DNA from: a virus
Taxonomy: Duplodnaviria > Caudoviricetes
DNA length: 33,351 nt
IMG/VR virus record: IMGVR_UViG_3300009095_000043
Span: 1-33,351 of that record
Strand: one strand, 5' to 3'
Shown here: positions 1 to 7,644 of the stretch, piece after piece
Position numbering within the stretch: position 1 is the first letter of the stretch
How the letters are laid out: each line of letters starts with the position of its first letter
Notes under the pieces: generated by a model
Told to the model about the DNA's origin: nothing
The model's input: only the letters and a program-made list of their open reading frames with translations
Databases searched by the model: none
Position numbers and translations under genes: made by a program

Positions 1-881
1 AAGATATCCAGCGCGCGCCGGTTCAACCGCATTGCGGTGTAGAGGTCGGAATTGTCGAGCGGCTTGATGTTGAACGCATAGGGATAGCTCGTCTCGACAA
101 ACAGCAGCACCGCGTCCTTGACCTGCCGCTGCCCGACTTCCTCGAGCGAGGTGATGGCAAGCGCCATCTGCTGCAGGTATCCGAAATTCATGATCGACCG
201 ACCGATGGCCAGTTGCGATGCGTCTGTGCAGGTCTTGAGGTCCGATATCATCCCGTCGGCCGGAATGCTGTCCGGGCGCGACTTCACCCACGCGCCGGTC
301 TTCTTGTCCAAGGTGATGATCGATCGCTCGATACGTCCGCGCAGGAGGTCGACCGCAACCTGGTTCTTTGCCAGCCGCTCGGCCATGCCCTGAATGTCGG
401 AAACCTGCTGCTTGGTCAGGACGGTCTTGCCGGCCTGCCTTGCGCTGGCAAGCCATTCCTTGCAGACGTTGGCGTTGCCGTTCCAAGGTTTCCACTTGCC
501 TGCATCATCTTCGTAGGTATCCGGGCGGGTGATGTAGTCGTCGCGAAACCCGTCTTCCGACAGCAAGAGCGTGTGAACCGCCCGGCCTAGATCCATTGCG
601 GCCGACGATTCCTGCTCGGGCCGATCCGGGTTCAAATAAGAGTTTGCGAAATAGTGAAGCGGCGAACGGTTCTCGATTTCACGCAAGCCGGAAGACGATA
701 TCGACGGGCCGACTGTAAGCTGGCCGTGGTATGCTTCCATCGGCACTTTTCGGAAAATGCCGGGCTCTGCGATCGGCTGGCCATCCCAGTCCTTTTCGCC
801 GCGGGCGCCGCGGATAACCCGCTCGGCAACCACGCCAGCTTTTTCGAACATATCGCGGTCGACGTCGATGTGCTGGGTCAC
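1..881 (-). CDS. RecE/exonuclease VIII-like PD-(D/E)XK nuclease (DUF3799-like), 3' end off the window
   Basis: Not in ORF track; manual translation from GTG at 881 (GTGA overlap): MTQHIDVDR...EAYHG...SISSSGLREI...AMDLGRAVHTLLL...KSRPD...ISDLKTC...GYLQQMA, open to position 1. Confidence 0.85.
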   Translation of the reverse strand, partial: MTQHIDVDRDMFEKAGVVAERVIRGARGEKDWDGQPIAEPGIFRKVPMEAYHGQLTVGPSISSSGLREIENRSPLHYFANSYLNPDRPEQESSAAMDLGRAVHTLLLSEDGFRDDYITRPDTYEDDAGKWKPWNGNANVCKEWLASARQAGKTVLTKQQVSDIQGMAERLAKNQVAVDLLRGRIERSIITLDKKTGAWVKSRPDSIPADGMISDLKTCTDASQLAIGRSIMNFGYLQQMALAITSLEEVGQRQVKDAVLLFVETSYPYAFNIKPLDNSDLYTAMRLNRRALDI

Positions 882-1084
882 GCTGCTTGCTCCTGTTCAG
901 CTTCACGTTTGGCGACTGGCGTTTCCGGGAATATCGCCTCGGCTAGCTCGTACTCGTCGGCGCCCTTCAAAGCCTGCGACCAGCGCATAAGGACATGCTC
1001 TGGAACGGCCTCAATTTCCCGGCCATTGAATGGATCGAACTGGCCCGTCGGATAGGCGAGCATCATCGCTGTCTCGGTAGACAT
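878..1084 (-). CDS. Hypothetical phage protein
   Basis: ATG at 1084 overlaps upstream stop (TGATG); stop overlaps the RecE-like start. Confidence 0.65.
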   Translation of the reverse strand: MSTETAMMLAYPTGQFDPFNGREIEAVPEHVLMRWSQALKGADEYELAEAIFPETPVAKREAEQEQAA

Positions 1085-1422
1085 CAAAGCTTCTCCTGAT
1101 CCAGGTGATGGGAATAGCCGTCCTCGGAATGCTGCTGGTCCGGCTTGTCGGGAACCGTGAAGTCGGCCATCGCGAAATCGCCCTCGGCATGCTCGACAAA
1201 CGCCTTGAGAAGCTGGAAATCAGCCAAGGTCACATGCTGAGTGAATGGGGCACCGTAGGCCGCTCCAGACACCTTTGCGGCGATACTTCCGAGACGGCAG
1301 AGCAGCTTGTCGTCCTGCCCGCCGAACTCGCGAACCGATCGGGTAATATCTACGCGGGTCTGCGGTTGCTCGACCGAGCGGGCAACGTTCTGCAGGGCGT
1401 GGAATGCGGCGTTGAAGTTCAC
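1084..1422 (-). CDS. Hypothetical phage protein
   Basis: 112 aa ORF, start/stop overlaps at both ends, GAGGGGG RBS. Confidence 0.7.
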   Translation of the reverse strand: MNFNAAFHALQNVARSVEQPQTRVDITRSVREFGGQDDKLLCRLGSIAAKVSGAAYGAPFTQHVTLADFQLLKAFVEHAEGDFAMADFTVPDKPDQQHSEDGYSHHLDQEKL

Positions 1423-1637
1423 GGCGCGTCCCCCTCAGTGGCTTTACGGAGAGCGGCGCGGGCATCGCTCAGAAACAGCGTGTGTTCAGGGTTTATCGCC
1501 ATGTCGGACTCGCCGGGGACGAACACCTTGCGAGTGTCCGCGTGGATAAGGCCCTTGGCGGCTTCCTCCACCATCGCTATCAGCGCCGCGAGACAGGTGT
1601 TCACGTCCGCCGTCTGCCCTCTGCGTGTCGTGTTCAT
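1419..1637 (-). CDS. Hypothetical phage protein
   Basis: 72 aa, ATGA overlaps at both ends. Confidence 0.65.
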   Translation of the reverse strand: MNTTRRGQTADVNTCLAALIAMVEEAAKGLIHADTRKVFVPGESDMAINPEHTLFLSDARAALRKATEGDAP

Positions 1638-1804
1638 GGGGTGGCCTCGGAATTGGTGGCTGCGTCGACAATGCGCAGAGCGGCTTCAAGCGCTTCCACG
1701 CATCGCCTGTGGTAATCTCGCCATTCGTCGCGGCCGACTTTGGTCTGAGCGCGCCAGACATCCACTTTGTCGTCCAGCAGTTCGCGTTGAGAGCGGGTGA
1801 GCAT
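1634..1804 (-). CDS. Hypothetical phage protein (56 aa, below ORF-track cutoff)
   Basis: Manual translation MLTRSQRELLDDKVDVWRAQTKVGRDEWRDYHRRCVEALEAALRIVDAATNSEATP; GAGG RBS; ATGA overlap with next gene; fills the operon gap. Confidence 0.7.
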   Translation of the reverse strand: MLTRSQRELLDDKVDVWRAQTKVGRDEWRDYHRRCVEALEAALRIVDAATNSEATP

Positions 1805-1810
1805 TTGGCC

Positions 1811-2137
1811 TCAATCCGTGTGAATGGTGCAGCCGAACCGGCCGTCTTTGACCCAAGCGTCACGCCCGCCGAAGTAGTCGTGATAGAAGCGGTCCTTGAC
1901 TTCCTCGACCGTGGCGTCGGCAGGGCATGTGCCCGTCACCGTCACGTGATTGTAGCCATTGGTGCGGTCGGTCACCTCGAAGGACAGCTTGCGCTCAGCC
2001 CGTGGAATGCACTGCTGCCACAAGTCGTCAGGAAGCTTCTGGCCCCAAGGGTCATTGACGAGGCCCATCTTCTGAGCCGCCATACGCCGGGCGAAGTTTT
2101 CCACGTTTCGGGCGTGAAGGTCTGCTGTCGTGTTCAT
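1811..2137 (-). CDS. Hypothetical phage protein
   Basis: 108 aa ORF with GAGG RBS in leftward operon. Confidence 0.7.
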   Translation of the reverse strand: MNTTADLHARNVENFARRMAAQKMGLVNDPWGQKLPDDLWQQCIPRAERKLSFEVTDRTNGYNHVTVTGTCPADATVEEVKDRFYHDYFGGRDAWVKDGRFGCTIHTD

Positions 2138-2167
2138 GGCCTCGGGCCTCTGTTGGTTGGGGGGGTG

Positions 2168-2497
2168 TCAGGCAGCGGGGAATAGGCTGTTGAGGTAGGC
2201 CGACACGATCCCGCCAGACTCCACGATGTGGCTGTAAGCGCCGTCCGCCCGCTCGCGGATGATCTCGACCCACTTGCCGTCGATCTCAGCCTCTACGATC
2301 ACATCGTCGCCTATGTTCTTGAGCCAGATCGCCGTGACCCCGACCGGCTCCTTGTCTTTGGCCGGAACAGTATCGAGTGCATACTGAATGCCGCGCCGCT
2401 GGCCGTCCTTGCCGATGGCTTCGAGCAGGAGGGCACGTGCTTCGCGGTGGCGGTCCTTCCAGAGAAGCCCATATGCCTGTTCGGCGACCTTCGTCAT
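2168..2497 (-). CDS. Hypothetical protein, first gene of leftward (PL) operon
   Basis: AAGGGG RBS 7 nt before ATG 2497 (MTKVAEQAYG...). Confidence 0.65.
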   Translation of the reverse strand: MTKVAEQAYGLLWKDRHREARALLLEAIGKDGQRRGIQYALDTVPAKDKEPVGVTAIWLKNIGDDVIVEAEIDGKWVEIIRERADGAYSHIVESGGIVSAYLNSLFPAA

Positions 2498-2559
2498 ATC
2501 CATTCCCCTTGTTGCTTCCGAAGCAGATCGGCGTTGGCTTCTTCGTGCTTCGATGGCCA

Positions 2560-2587
2560 TTCATACCAGATTGGTATTGTACGTCAA
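2560..2587 (-). promoter_or_regulatory. PL-like leftward promoter
   Basis: TTGACG (2587-2582), 16 nt spacer, TATGAA; an operator covers spacer and -10. Confidence 0.6.
2563..2577. promoter_or_regulatory. Repressor operator (OL-type) ATACCAGATTGGTAT
   Basis: Perfect ATACCA-N3-TGGTAT palindrome; five related copies flank cI. Confidence 0.85.
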
Positions 2588-2604
2588 TACCGAATTGGTA
2601 TAAA
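2577..2604 (+). promoter_or_regulatory. Rightward promoter for the HTH gene, overlapped by an operator
   Basis: TTGTAC-N16-TATAAA ending 10 nt before ATG 2615. Confidence 0.5.
2587..2601. promoter_or_regulatory. Repressor operator (OL-type) ATACCGAATTGGTAT
   Basis: One mismatch to consensus; 24 bp after the first operator. Confidence 0.85.
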
Positions 2605-2614
2605 AGTTTCCGCG

Positions 2615-2944
2615 ATGACAAAACACCCCGACAACCAGACGGAATCGAATGCCTTCTACAGGCGGCGCGACATGTGGGAGGACTATGTGTCTACACGGCT
2701 CACATTGCATGCGAGTGAGCGGCTGATTGGTATATGGATCGCGCGCCGGATCAGCGCGGATGGGCCGCGAAACACCTGGTATCAGGTGACCACGATTGCT
2801 GAAAAATTAGGGGTGAGCAGCCGGACGGTTATGCGGGCGACGAAGAAGCTGGAGCAAGAGGGGCTGCTTTTGATCCGGCGCGACCGACAGCGAGGGAAAA
2901 AGACAGCCGTCAACCAATACGAATTGGTTTTCCCTTGGCTCTGA
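2615..2944 (+). CDS. Winged HTH protein (HTH_36-like), resembling the DNA-binding domain of phage replication initiators
   Basis: 109 aa from ATG 2615: WYQVTTIAEKLGVSSRTVMRATKKLEQEGLLLIRR...NQYEL. Confidence 0.8.
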   Translation: MTKHPDNQTESNAFYRRRDMWEDYVSTRLTLHASERLIGIWIARRISADGPRNTWYQVTTIAEKLGVSSRTVMRATKKLEQEGLLLIRRDRQRGKKTAVNQYELVFPWL

Positions 2945-2946
2945 AA

Positions 2947-2987
2947 GTGACACTCATGTCACCTCGACAAGGTGACACCCATGTCAC
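2947..2987. repeat. Two 16-bp palindromic direct repeats GTGACA-CYCA-TGTCAC (iteron-like, candidate origin)
   Basis: GTGACACTCATGTCAC 2947-2962 and GTGACACCCATGTCAC 2972-2987, followed by an AT-richer tract. Confidence 0.8.
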
Positions 2988-3079
2988 ACTAATACTCAAA
3001 GGGCACAATCCATAAAGGTTTTCTCTGAAGATATAGGGCTCCGAAGGGGTGTTCTATATCAGAGAGCCGATAGACGGCT

Positions 3080-3673
3080 TTACATGGAGAGAACCGTCTT
3101 CTTGACGCGGCCGATTATGTCGGGCTCGCGCCCCTCGGGAAGCTTCATAGGCTTGTGCGCCGGGTTTGTCGAAACGGGTTCCCAAGTGTTTGGCGGCCGG
3201 TAGCGCTTGTATGTCGCGCCGCCTTCGCCATCGCCGATGACATAGCAAGCGTTCGGCACGAGCTTCCTGTCCTTGCGGTTCACGAAGATGATGCTGTCGT
3301 GAGGGGAAATGCGGTTCATCGAGTCGCCATCCACGCGAAGCGCTATCCAGTCGCCGGTTGGGTCTAGGTCGGGCGCGAAAACCAGATGAGCGTCGGGCGC
3401 GGTCGCGTCAGGATCGAGGTCGGGCTGTGCGAGGGCGCCTGCGCTAACCCACGAAACGAGGCGGGCGCCAATTTGTCCATCGTCCTGGTCGGGGAAAAGC
3501 AGGCGGATCGGCGTTGTTCGTAAAGGCCCCGCCAGCTTCTCGGCCCATGTGACCGTCAGTTCGCGCATGCCGTTCTCCAGTCGCTGGATCTGGGGCTGCG
3601 ATGTGCCGGCCAGTTCGGCGAGGTCGGCTTGAGAGAGCCCAAGGCGCTCGCGGCGTGCTTTGATATCTTCCAT
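3080..3673 (-). CDS. cI: CI-like repressor (XRE HTH plus S24 autopeptidase)
   Basis: MEDIKARRERLGLSQADLAELAGTSQPQIQRLE HTH; VSAG cleavage site; GDSM Ser and ATYKRY Lys catalytic motifs; ATG 3673 preferred because the longer start runs across the operators. Confidence 0.93.
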   Translation of the reverse strand: MEDIKARRERLGLSQADLAELAGTSQPQIQRLENGMRELTVTWAEKLAGPLRTTPIRLLFPDQDDGQIGARLVSWVSAGALAQPDLDPDATAPDAHLVFAPDLDPTGDWIALRVDGDSMNRISPHDSIIFVNRKDRKLVPNACYVIGDGEGGATYKRYRPPNTWEPVSTNPAHKPMKLPEGREPDIIGRVKKTVLSM

Positions 3674-3755
3674 GCCAGATTGGTATAAGCCGTTGTTCTT
3701 CTTTGCAAAAACCATTCTGGTATTTTTTGCTTGCATGCGAATACCAATTTGGTAT
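3672..3755. promoter_or_regulatory. OR region: three operators and divergent PRM/PR promoters
   Basis: ATGCCAGATTGGTAT 3672-3686, AAACCATTCTGGTAT 3709-3723, ATACCAATTTGGTAT 3741-3755; PR-like TTGCAT(3731)-N16-TATGGT; TTGCAA on minus strand at 3708-3703. Confidence 0.85.
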
Positions 3756-3763
3756 GGTTAGGC

Positions 3764-3991
3764 ATGACCCTAACCGATTACCTCGAAACCACTGGGACCA
3801 CCGAAACGGCTTTCGCTGCGGCGCTCGGCGTGTCGCAGGTGACTGTGCATCGGTACGTCAAAGGCAAGCGCTTCCCCGACAAGGACACGATTCTGCGGGT
3901 CGAGGTGCTGACGAAGGGAGCCGTTCGACCTGCCGACTGGTTTGCGCCGAACGCCGCGCCAGCGCCTTCCAAGCAGGGAGCCGCCGCATGA
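3764..3991 (+). CDS. cro: Cro-like HTH regulator
   Basis: MTLTDYLETTGTTETAFAAALGVSQVTVHRYVKGKRFP...TKGAVRPADW; divergent from cI. Confidence 0.9.
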   Translation: MTLTDYLETTGTTETAFAAALGVSQVTVHRYVKGKRFPDKDTILRVEVLTKGAVRPADWFAPNAAPAPSKQGAAA

Positions 3992-4197
3992 ACAAGAAGC
4001 GCACCCGGAAAATGAAGCGCGCGGCTGGCAAGGCCCCCCGGTGGGTCAGGGACATAGCGGCGGCGCACTTCGATCCTCAAGGCAACCGACAGTTTCGGGA
4101 AAGCAAACTCGGCACATTCGGGGCAGCTTCCGAGGTCCGCAAAATTGATCCTCGCGACTTCGGACCCGCTCCATCCGAGACAGGAGAAGCGGCATGA
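3988..4197 (+). CDS. Hypothetical basic protein
   Basis: ATGA-coupled to cro; MNKKRTRKMKRAAGK... Confidence 0.65.
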   Translation: MNKKRTRKMKRAAGKAPRWVRDIAAAHFDPQGNRQFRESKLGTFGAASEVRKIDPRDFGPAPSETGEAA

Positions 4198-4598
4198 GCG
4201 ACCATTCAATTCGCCTGCGATTTGTCGACTGGCTTAAGGGCGTCGGTAATCATGTCACCGAGAAGCTTGTGGAGAAACTGTGCGGTCCCGAGGTGCATCC
4301 TCAAGCGACTTGCTACGTCCACGACACCCTCATTTTCGCTTCCGTCAATTATCCCGGAGCCAAAGGACAGGCATATGATGCCGCTCCCGTGTCTGGCCTC
4401 AAGGATCAGGTCTACGAACTTGGCGACCTCGCCGTTATCGCGAATGTCCAGCCACTTGTCACCAACCGCGAGCTTTCGCCCGGTTCTTACGATCACCTCC
4501 TCAGCCATCAGACTTCCCCTCTCGGCAAAAATTTAAGCTTGATCGCAAACGAAGGCGAAGTCGAGTCCACCCCTACAGACATGGCGGTGGCGTCGTGA
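4194..4598 (+). CDS. Hypothetical protein that fully contains an antisense gene
   Basis: 134 aa; ATGA overlap at start, GTGA overlap at end, AGGAG RBS. Confidence 0.45.
   Translation: MSDHSIRLRFVDWLKGVGNHVTEKLVEKLCGPEVHPQATCYVHDTLIFASVNYPGAKGQAYDAAPVSGLKDQVYELGDLAVIANVQPLVTNRELSPGSYDHLLSHQTSPLGKNLSLIANEGEVESTPTDMAVAS
4206..4508 (-). CDS. Antisense (moron-like) hypothetical protein
   Basis: 100 aa, globular-looking; GAGGGG RBS and AT-rich TAAATT -10-like element upstream. Confidence 0.65.
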   Translation of the reverse strand: MAEEVIVRTGRKLAVGDKWLDIRDNGEVAKFVDLILEARHGSGIICLSFGSGIIDGSENEGVVDVASRLRMHLGTAQFLHKLLGDMITDALKPVDKSQAN

Positions 4599-4789
4599 GT
4601 GCAAGGCCCCTCAATGATCGAATAGCGGAGGCTATGCGCCGGGAGCGCCTTGGCATCATCCGTCCGCTTTGGGCTGATTTCCCAGAAGATGGCAAGGCTG
4701 ACTGGCTTGCCCGTGCCGACCATCTCATTCGCACATGCAAGGAACTCGGAGTTTTCATAGCTATCGACAAGGACCGCCGTCATGGGTGA
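4595..4789 (+). CDS. Hypothetical phage protein
   Basis: 64 aa, GTG start overlapping upstream stop. Confidence 0.6.
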   Translation: MSARPLNDRIAEAMRRERLGIIRPLWADFPEDGKADWLARADHLIRTCKELGVFIAIDKDRRHG

Positions 4790-5135
4790 ACACCTTCAAA
4801 ATACCGAATTGAAAATTCCCCACTATGTCGCGACAGCGCTCAAGCGCCTCGAAAGTGGCAGGGTGCTCGTCAGGCAGGCAAGCGCGACTGAGGAAGCGAT
4901 AGACAGGGGCGACGGGCATCTCTTCTTTACCCACCCTGACGGTCGTCCGTTCCCGACTGTAAGCGGCCTTTTTTGCATTGCACACGGCCTCGTGACGCCT
5001 GTTGGTGACGCACTTTTCCCTGAAGATTCACAGACATATCGGCTCTCCAATCCGTCTGCCACCTCCCAGACGGCAAGCGCCGGGGCCTCTACCTCCTCCC
5101 AGAGTGTCCCGGCGCACAATTCCGAGGCTGCGTAG
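4782..5135 (+). CDS. Hypothetical phage protein
   Basis: 117 aa, AAGGA RBS, operon context. Confidence 0.65.
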   Translation: MGEHLQNTELKIPHYVATALKRLESGRVLVRQASATEEAIDRGDGHLFFTHPDGRPFPTVSGLFCIAHGLVTPVGDALFPEDSQTYRLSNPSATSQTASAGASTSSQSVPAHNSEAA

Positions 5136-5465
5136 ATGCTCAGCCTCTCCGACCGTCGATCGATATCCCGCCAGTGTGGGGCTGGAATACCGGCTGAACA
5201 GATAGCGAAAGACTACGGCATCAAGGCTGCCCATGTTCTGCGTATCGACATGGCCGAGCGTGACAAGGCCGCGGTACGCAATCGAGTGGCCGAGCCGAGT
5301 TACCAGCCACCCAAACCCAAGGACTGGAAATCGGCCCGGCCGCCGGAGGACCGAGTAAGGCGCGGCGAGCCCTGTCGGACACCGGAATGCAGCGGTGTTG
5401 TTGAACGCGGAAGCTATTGCAGCGAGTGCGCTGGGCGCCTGTATGCGCCGCAGAGGGCTGCTTGA
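5136..5465 (+). CDS. GcrA-like regulator (N-terminal HTH, C-terminal Cys motif)
   Basis: AGIPAEQIAKDYGI HTH-like segment; C-x4-C...GSYCSECAGRLY resembles the GcrA C-terminus. Confidence 0.5.
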   Translation: MLSLSDRRSISRQCGAGIPAEQIAKDYGIKAAHVLRIDMAERDKAAVRNRVAEPSYQPPKPKDWKSARPPEDRVRRGEPCRTPECSGVVERGSYCSECAGRLYAPQRAA

Positions 5466-5801
5466 ATGGCTCATCCGTCCTACCCCCCGATCATCACGTT
5501 GAAGCACTTCCGCAAGGTGGATCGCCCGCAAGGTGTCCTGCTGCATATGAAGCGGGACCATCCCGCGGCTGAAATCCTCCGCGCCATCTGCCTGGAGCCT
5601 TCGAAGGCCTTCACCACTCGCGAGCTTATTGCTCGAGCATGTCTCCGCGGTCATTCGGTTGCCGCGCTCGAGTTCTGGATACTGCAGATCAACTCCACGC
5701 TGCCTCGCACCGGCTGGCGGATTCGCGACGACTACCGGATCGAGCGCATATCCGAGCAGCATGAAATCAGGCTGATCCTGAAGCTGGGAAAGGCCGCCTG
5801 A
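5466..5801 (+). CDS. Hypothetical protein, possible winged helix
   Basis: 111 aa, abuts upstream stop, GAGGG RBS. Confidence 0.6.
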   Translation: MAHPSYPPIITLKHFRKVDRPQGVLLHMKRDHPAAEILRAICLEPSKAFTTRELIARACLRGHSVAALEFWILQINSTLPRTGWRIRDDYRIERISEQHEIRLILKLGKAA

Positions 5802-5802
5802 C

Positions 5803-5982
5803 ATGCTGAGCATCCTCACCGCTCTCATCATCGGCCTAGTCATAGGCGCCTTCGCCGGGGCCGCAGTAGGCGGCCAAATCCGCAAGCGTCATGCCGACTT
5901 CTCTTGGCCTGGCCGACGGGTTCACATTGTCGAGCTTGACCCTTCTGAATTTACGCATGGCTGGCGAGGTGACAAATCGTGA
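5803..5982 (+). CDS. Small membrane protein (59 aa, below ORF-track cutoff)
   Basis: MLSILTALIIGLVIGAFAGAAVGGQIRKRHADFSW...; one TM helix then basic residues; starts just after the upstream stop. Confidence 0.6.
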   Translation: MLSILTALIIGLVIGAFAGAAVGGQIRKRHADFSWPGRRVHIVELDPSEFTHGWRGDKS

Positions 5983-6180
5983 CGTCATCCTCGCGCCATT
6001 GTCGTTCTGAGCCGCGTGCCTTTGGGGTAGCGGCAAACCAAGTTCCAGCTGGACCGAGCCCTTCGCCTGCAAGCCTGTGGTTCGATCCATTTCTCGACGC
6101 CTTTCCTGAAATCGCCGGGACTAAGAACAAACCCGGCGTATCGCTTCACGCTGTCAGTAATAGCGTGGGGCAAAAGTACG

Positions 6181-6576
6181 ATGTGCAAAGAGTCTGTGCA
6201 GAAGGTGCAAAAAGTTATGAGCAACGCCGTAGGGGAAACGGCCGGCTATATCCGCCGAATGGTGAATATCGAGCGTCAGGGCTGGGGCGATGAGGCCGAA
6301 GCACTTCGATCGATAGCCAGGAAATGCAGCCTTTCCTTTTGGACACTGAACAACATCAAGATAGGACGAGCAAAGACCGTAACAGCGGACGTGCGGGACC
6401 GTGTGCGGGACATCTTCATAGAAAACCTGAGGCAGCATGCGGCCCGGCTCATTCACGAGGCGGACATGGCAGCCCAGACGGGACGGGACAATGACGCTCT
6501 ACGAGGCATTGAAAGCGAAATTCGCGCTCTGGCGGCTCGGCTGGAGGCTGCGAAGGGAATTGAAACGGACGCTTAA
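6181..6576 (+). CDS. CII-like HTH transcriptional regulator
   Basis: AEALRSIARKCSLSFWTLNNIKIGR HTH-like segment, coiled-coil C-terminus, position in rightward early operon. Confidence 0.6.
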   Translation: MCKESVQKVQKVMSNAVGETAGYIRRMVNIERQGWGDEAEALRSIARKCSLSFWTLNNIKIGRAKTVTADVRDRVRDIFIENLRQHAARLIHEADMAAQTGRDNDALRGIESEIRALAARLEAAKGIETDA

Positions 6577-6593
6577 GCGAAAGGATCGCTGAC

Positions 6594-7184
6594 ATGGCGA
6601 AGTCACCAAAGCAGGCAGACAACGACGCCCCGGCGAAGGGGCACAACAGCGGAGAGCTTACGGAAGGCCAGCGCAAAGCTCTTTTCTTCCATCACCTGCG
6701 CAAGCGCATGGTCCACAACGCGGCCATCAAGGAAGCGCAGGACGCCAAGAAGGATGACGGCAAGCTGGCGCAGGCCGACCACATCGTTCTCGGCGAACTG
6801 GACTATGCCATCAAGGCGATCAGCGCCGACGACAAGAAGACGGTCACCGATCGGTTTGTCGCCGAGGGCGAAATCCTGACATGGCTTGGCCTGTCCTCTG
6901 GGTTCCAGACCGACATGTTCCGCGACCGGGCGCCGGCAATCGAACGGATCGAAAAGGAAGGCTCCCTTGCCGGTTACGCGGCCAAGGAACGGGTGTCTGG
7001 CTACGAAGCGGGTTCCGACGAGGATAACCGCTGGCTGAGCGCCTACGACGCTGCTCAGGAGCAAATGGCGATCGATCTGCAGGCTGCGATGGAAGCCAGG
7101 AACGCGGCCGACGAACTCATCAAGGGCGCGCCAGGCGAAGGCGACGATCCTTTCGCAGACGAGCATCCCCAAGCCGCCGAGTAG
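6594..7184 (+). CDS. GapR/DUF2312-like protein with RMF-like C-terminal segment
   Basis: GHNS N-terminal motif, helical core ending LTWLGL...QTDMF; GSLAG...GYEAGSDEDNRWLSAYD; AAGGA RBS. Confidence 0.55.
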   Translation: MAKSPKQADNDAPAKGHNSGELTEGQRKALFFHHLRKRMVHNAAIKEAQDAKKDDGKLAQADHIVLGELDYAIKAISADDKKTVTDRFVAEGEILTWLGLSSGFQTDMFRDRAPAIERIEKEGSLAGYAAKERVSGYEAGSDEDNRWLSAYDAAQEQMAIDLQAAMEARNAADELIKGAPGEGDDPFADEHPQAAE

Positions 7185-7248
7185 TTCCCCGTCCTGTACC
7201 AGTGCGCCGGCAGTCGCTCACTGCCTTCCGTCTTAACGAGGGACGGAT

Positions 7249-7644
7249 ATGCGACGCCAACCAACGCATGACATCTGGGCATTCATCTATCTGGGCGTGC
7301 TGCTGGGCGCGTTCGTGCTGACGCTGTGGGCTGCGCTTATGGTTCCCAAGCCGGCAAGGGCACATGACCACAACGGCATGGTGTTCGATACATGGTGCTG
7401 CAACGGCAATGACGAGAATGGCGACTGCCACGAGATCCCATCGTCAACCGTCCGCATCGACTACGAAACCGGCATTGTTCACGTGAAGCTGAAGCCGGGC
7501 GACCATCCGCTGGTCGATATCCCTCGCCAATACAGCAAGAAGCTGTCCGATACGCGCCGGTCGACCAACGGGCTCTATTACGCCTGCCTGCACCCGCACC
7601 CGGCCATACTGCGCTGCCTCTATCTGCCGCCGGAGTCATTCTGA
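7249..7644 (+). CDS. Exported Cys-rich protein
   Basis: TM/signal segment, ARA-HD cleavage-like site, WCCNGND..DC and C-terminal RCLYLPP. Confidence 0.7.
   Translation: MRRQPTHDIWAFIYLGVLLGAFVLTLWAALMVPKPARAHDHNGMVFDTWCCNGNDENGDCHEIPSSTVRIDYETGIVHVKLKPGDHPLVDIPRQYSKKLSDTRRSTNGLYYACLHPHPAILRCLYLPPESF

Noticed and set aside
118-2185. Plus-strand ORFs over the left arm
   Set aside because: The minus strand has a contiguous, coupled gene chain including the RecE-like gene
2929-3015. T-TTC-CCT heptamer at the end of the HTH gene
   Set aside because: A -1 shift adds only about 24 aa before a stop and restores no initiator C-terminal domain
5979-6293. 104-aa ORF with GTGA-coupled start
   Set aside because: Overlaps the CII-like gene by over 100 nt and shows no motif; cannot be supported, though not excluded
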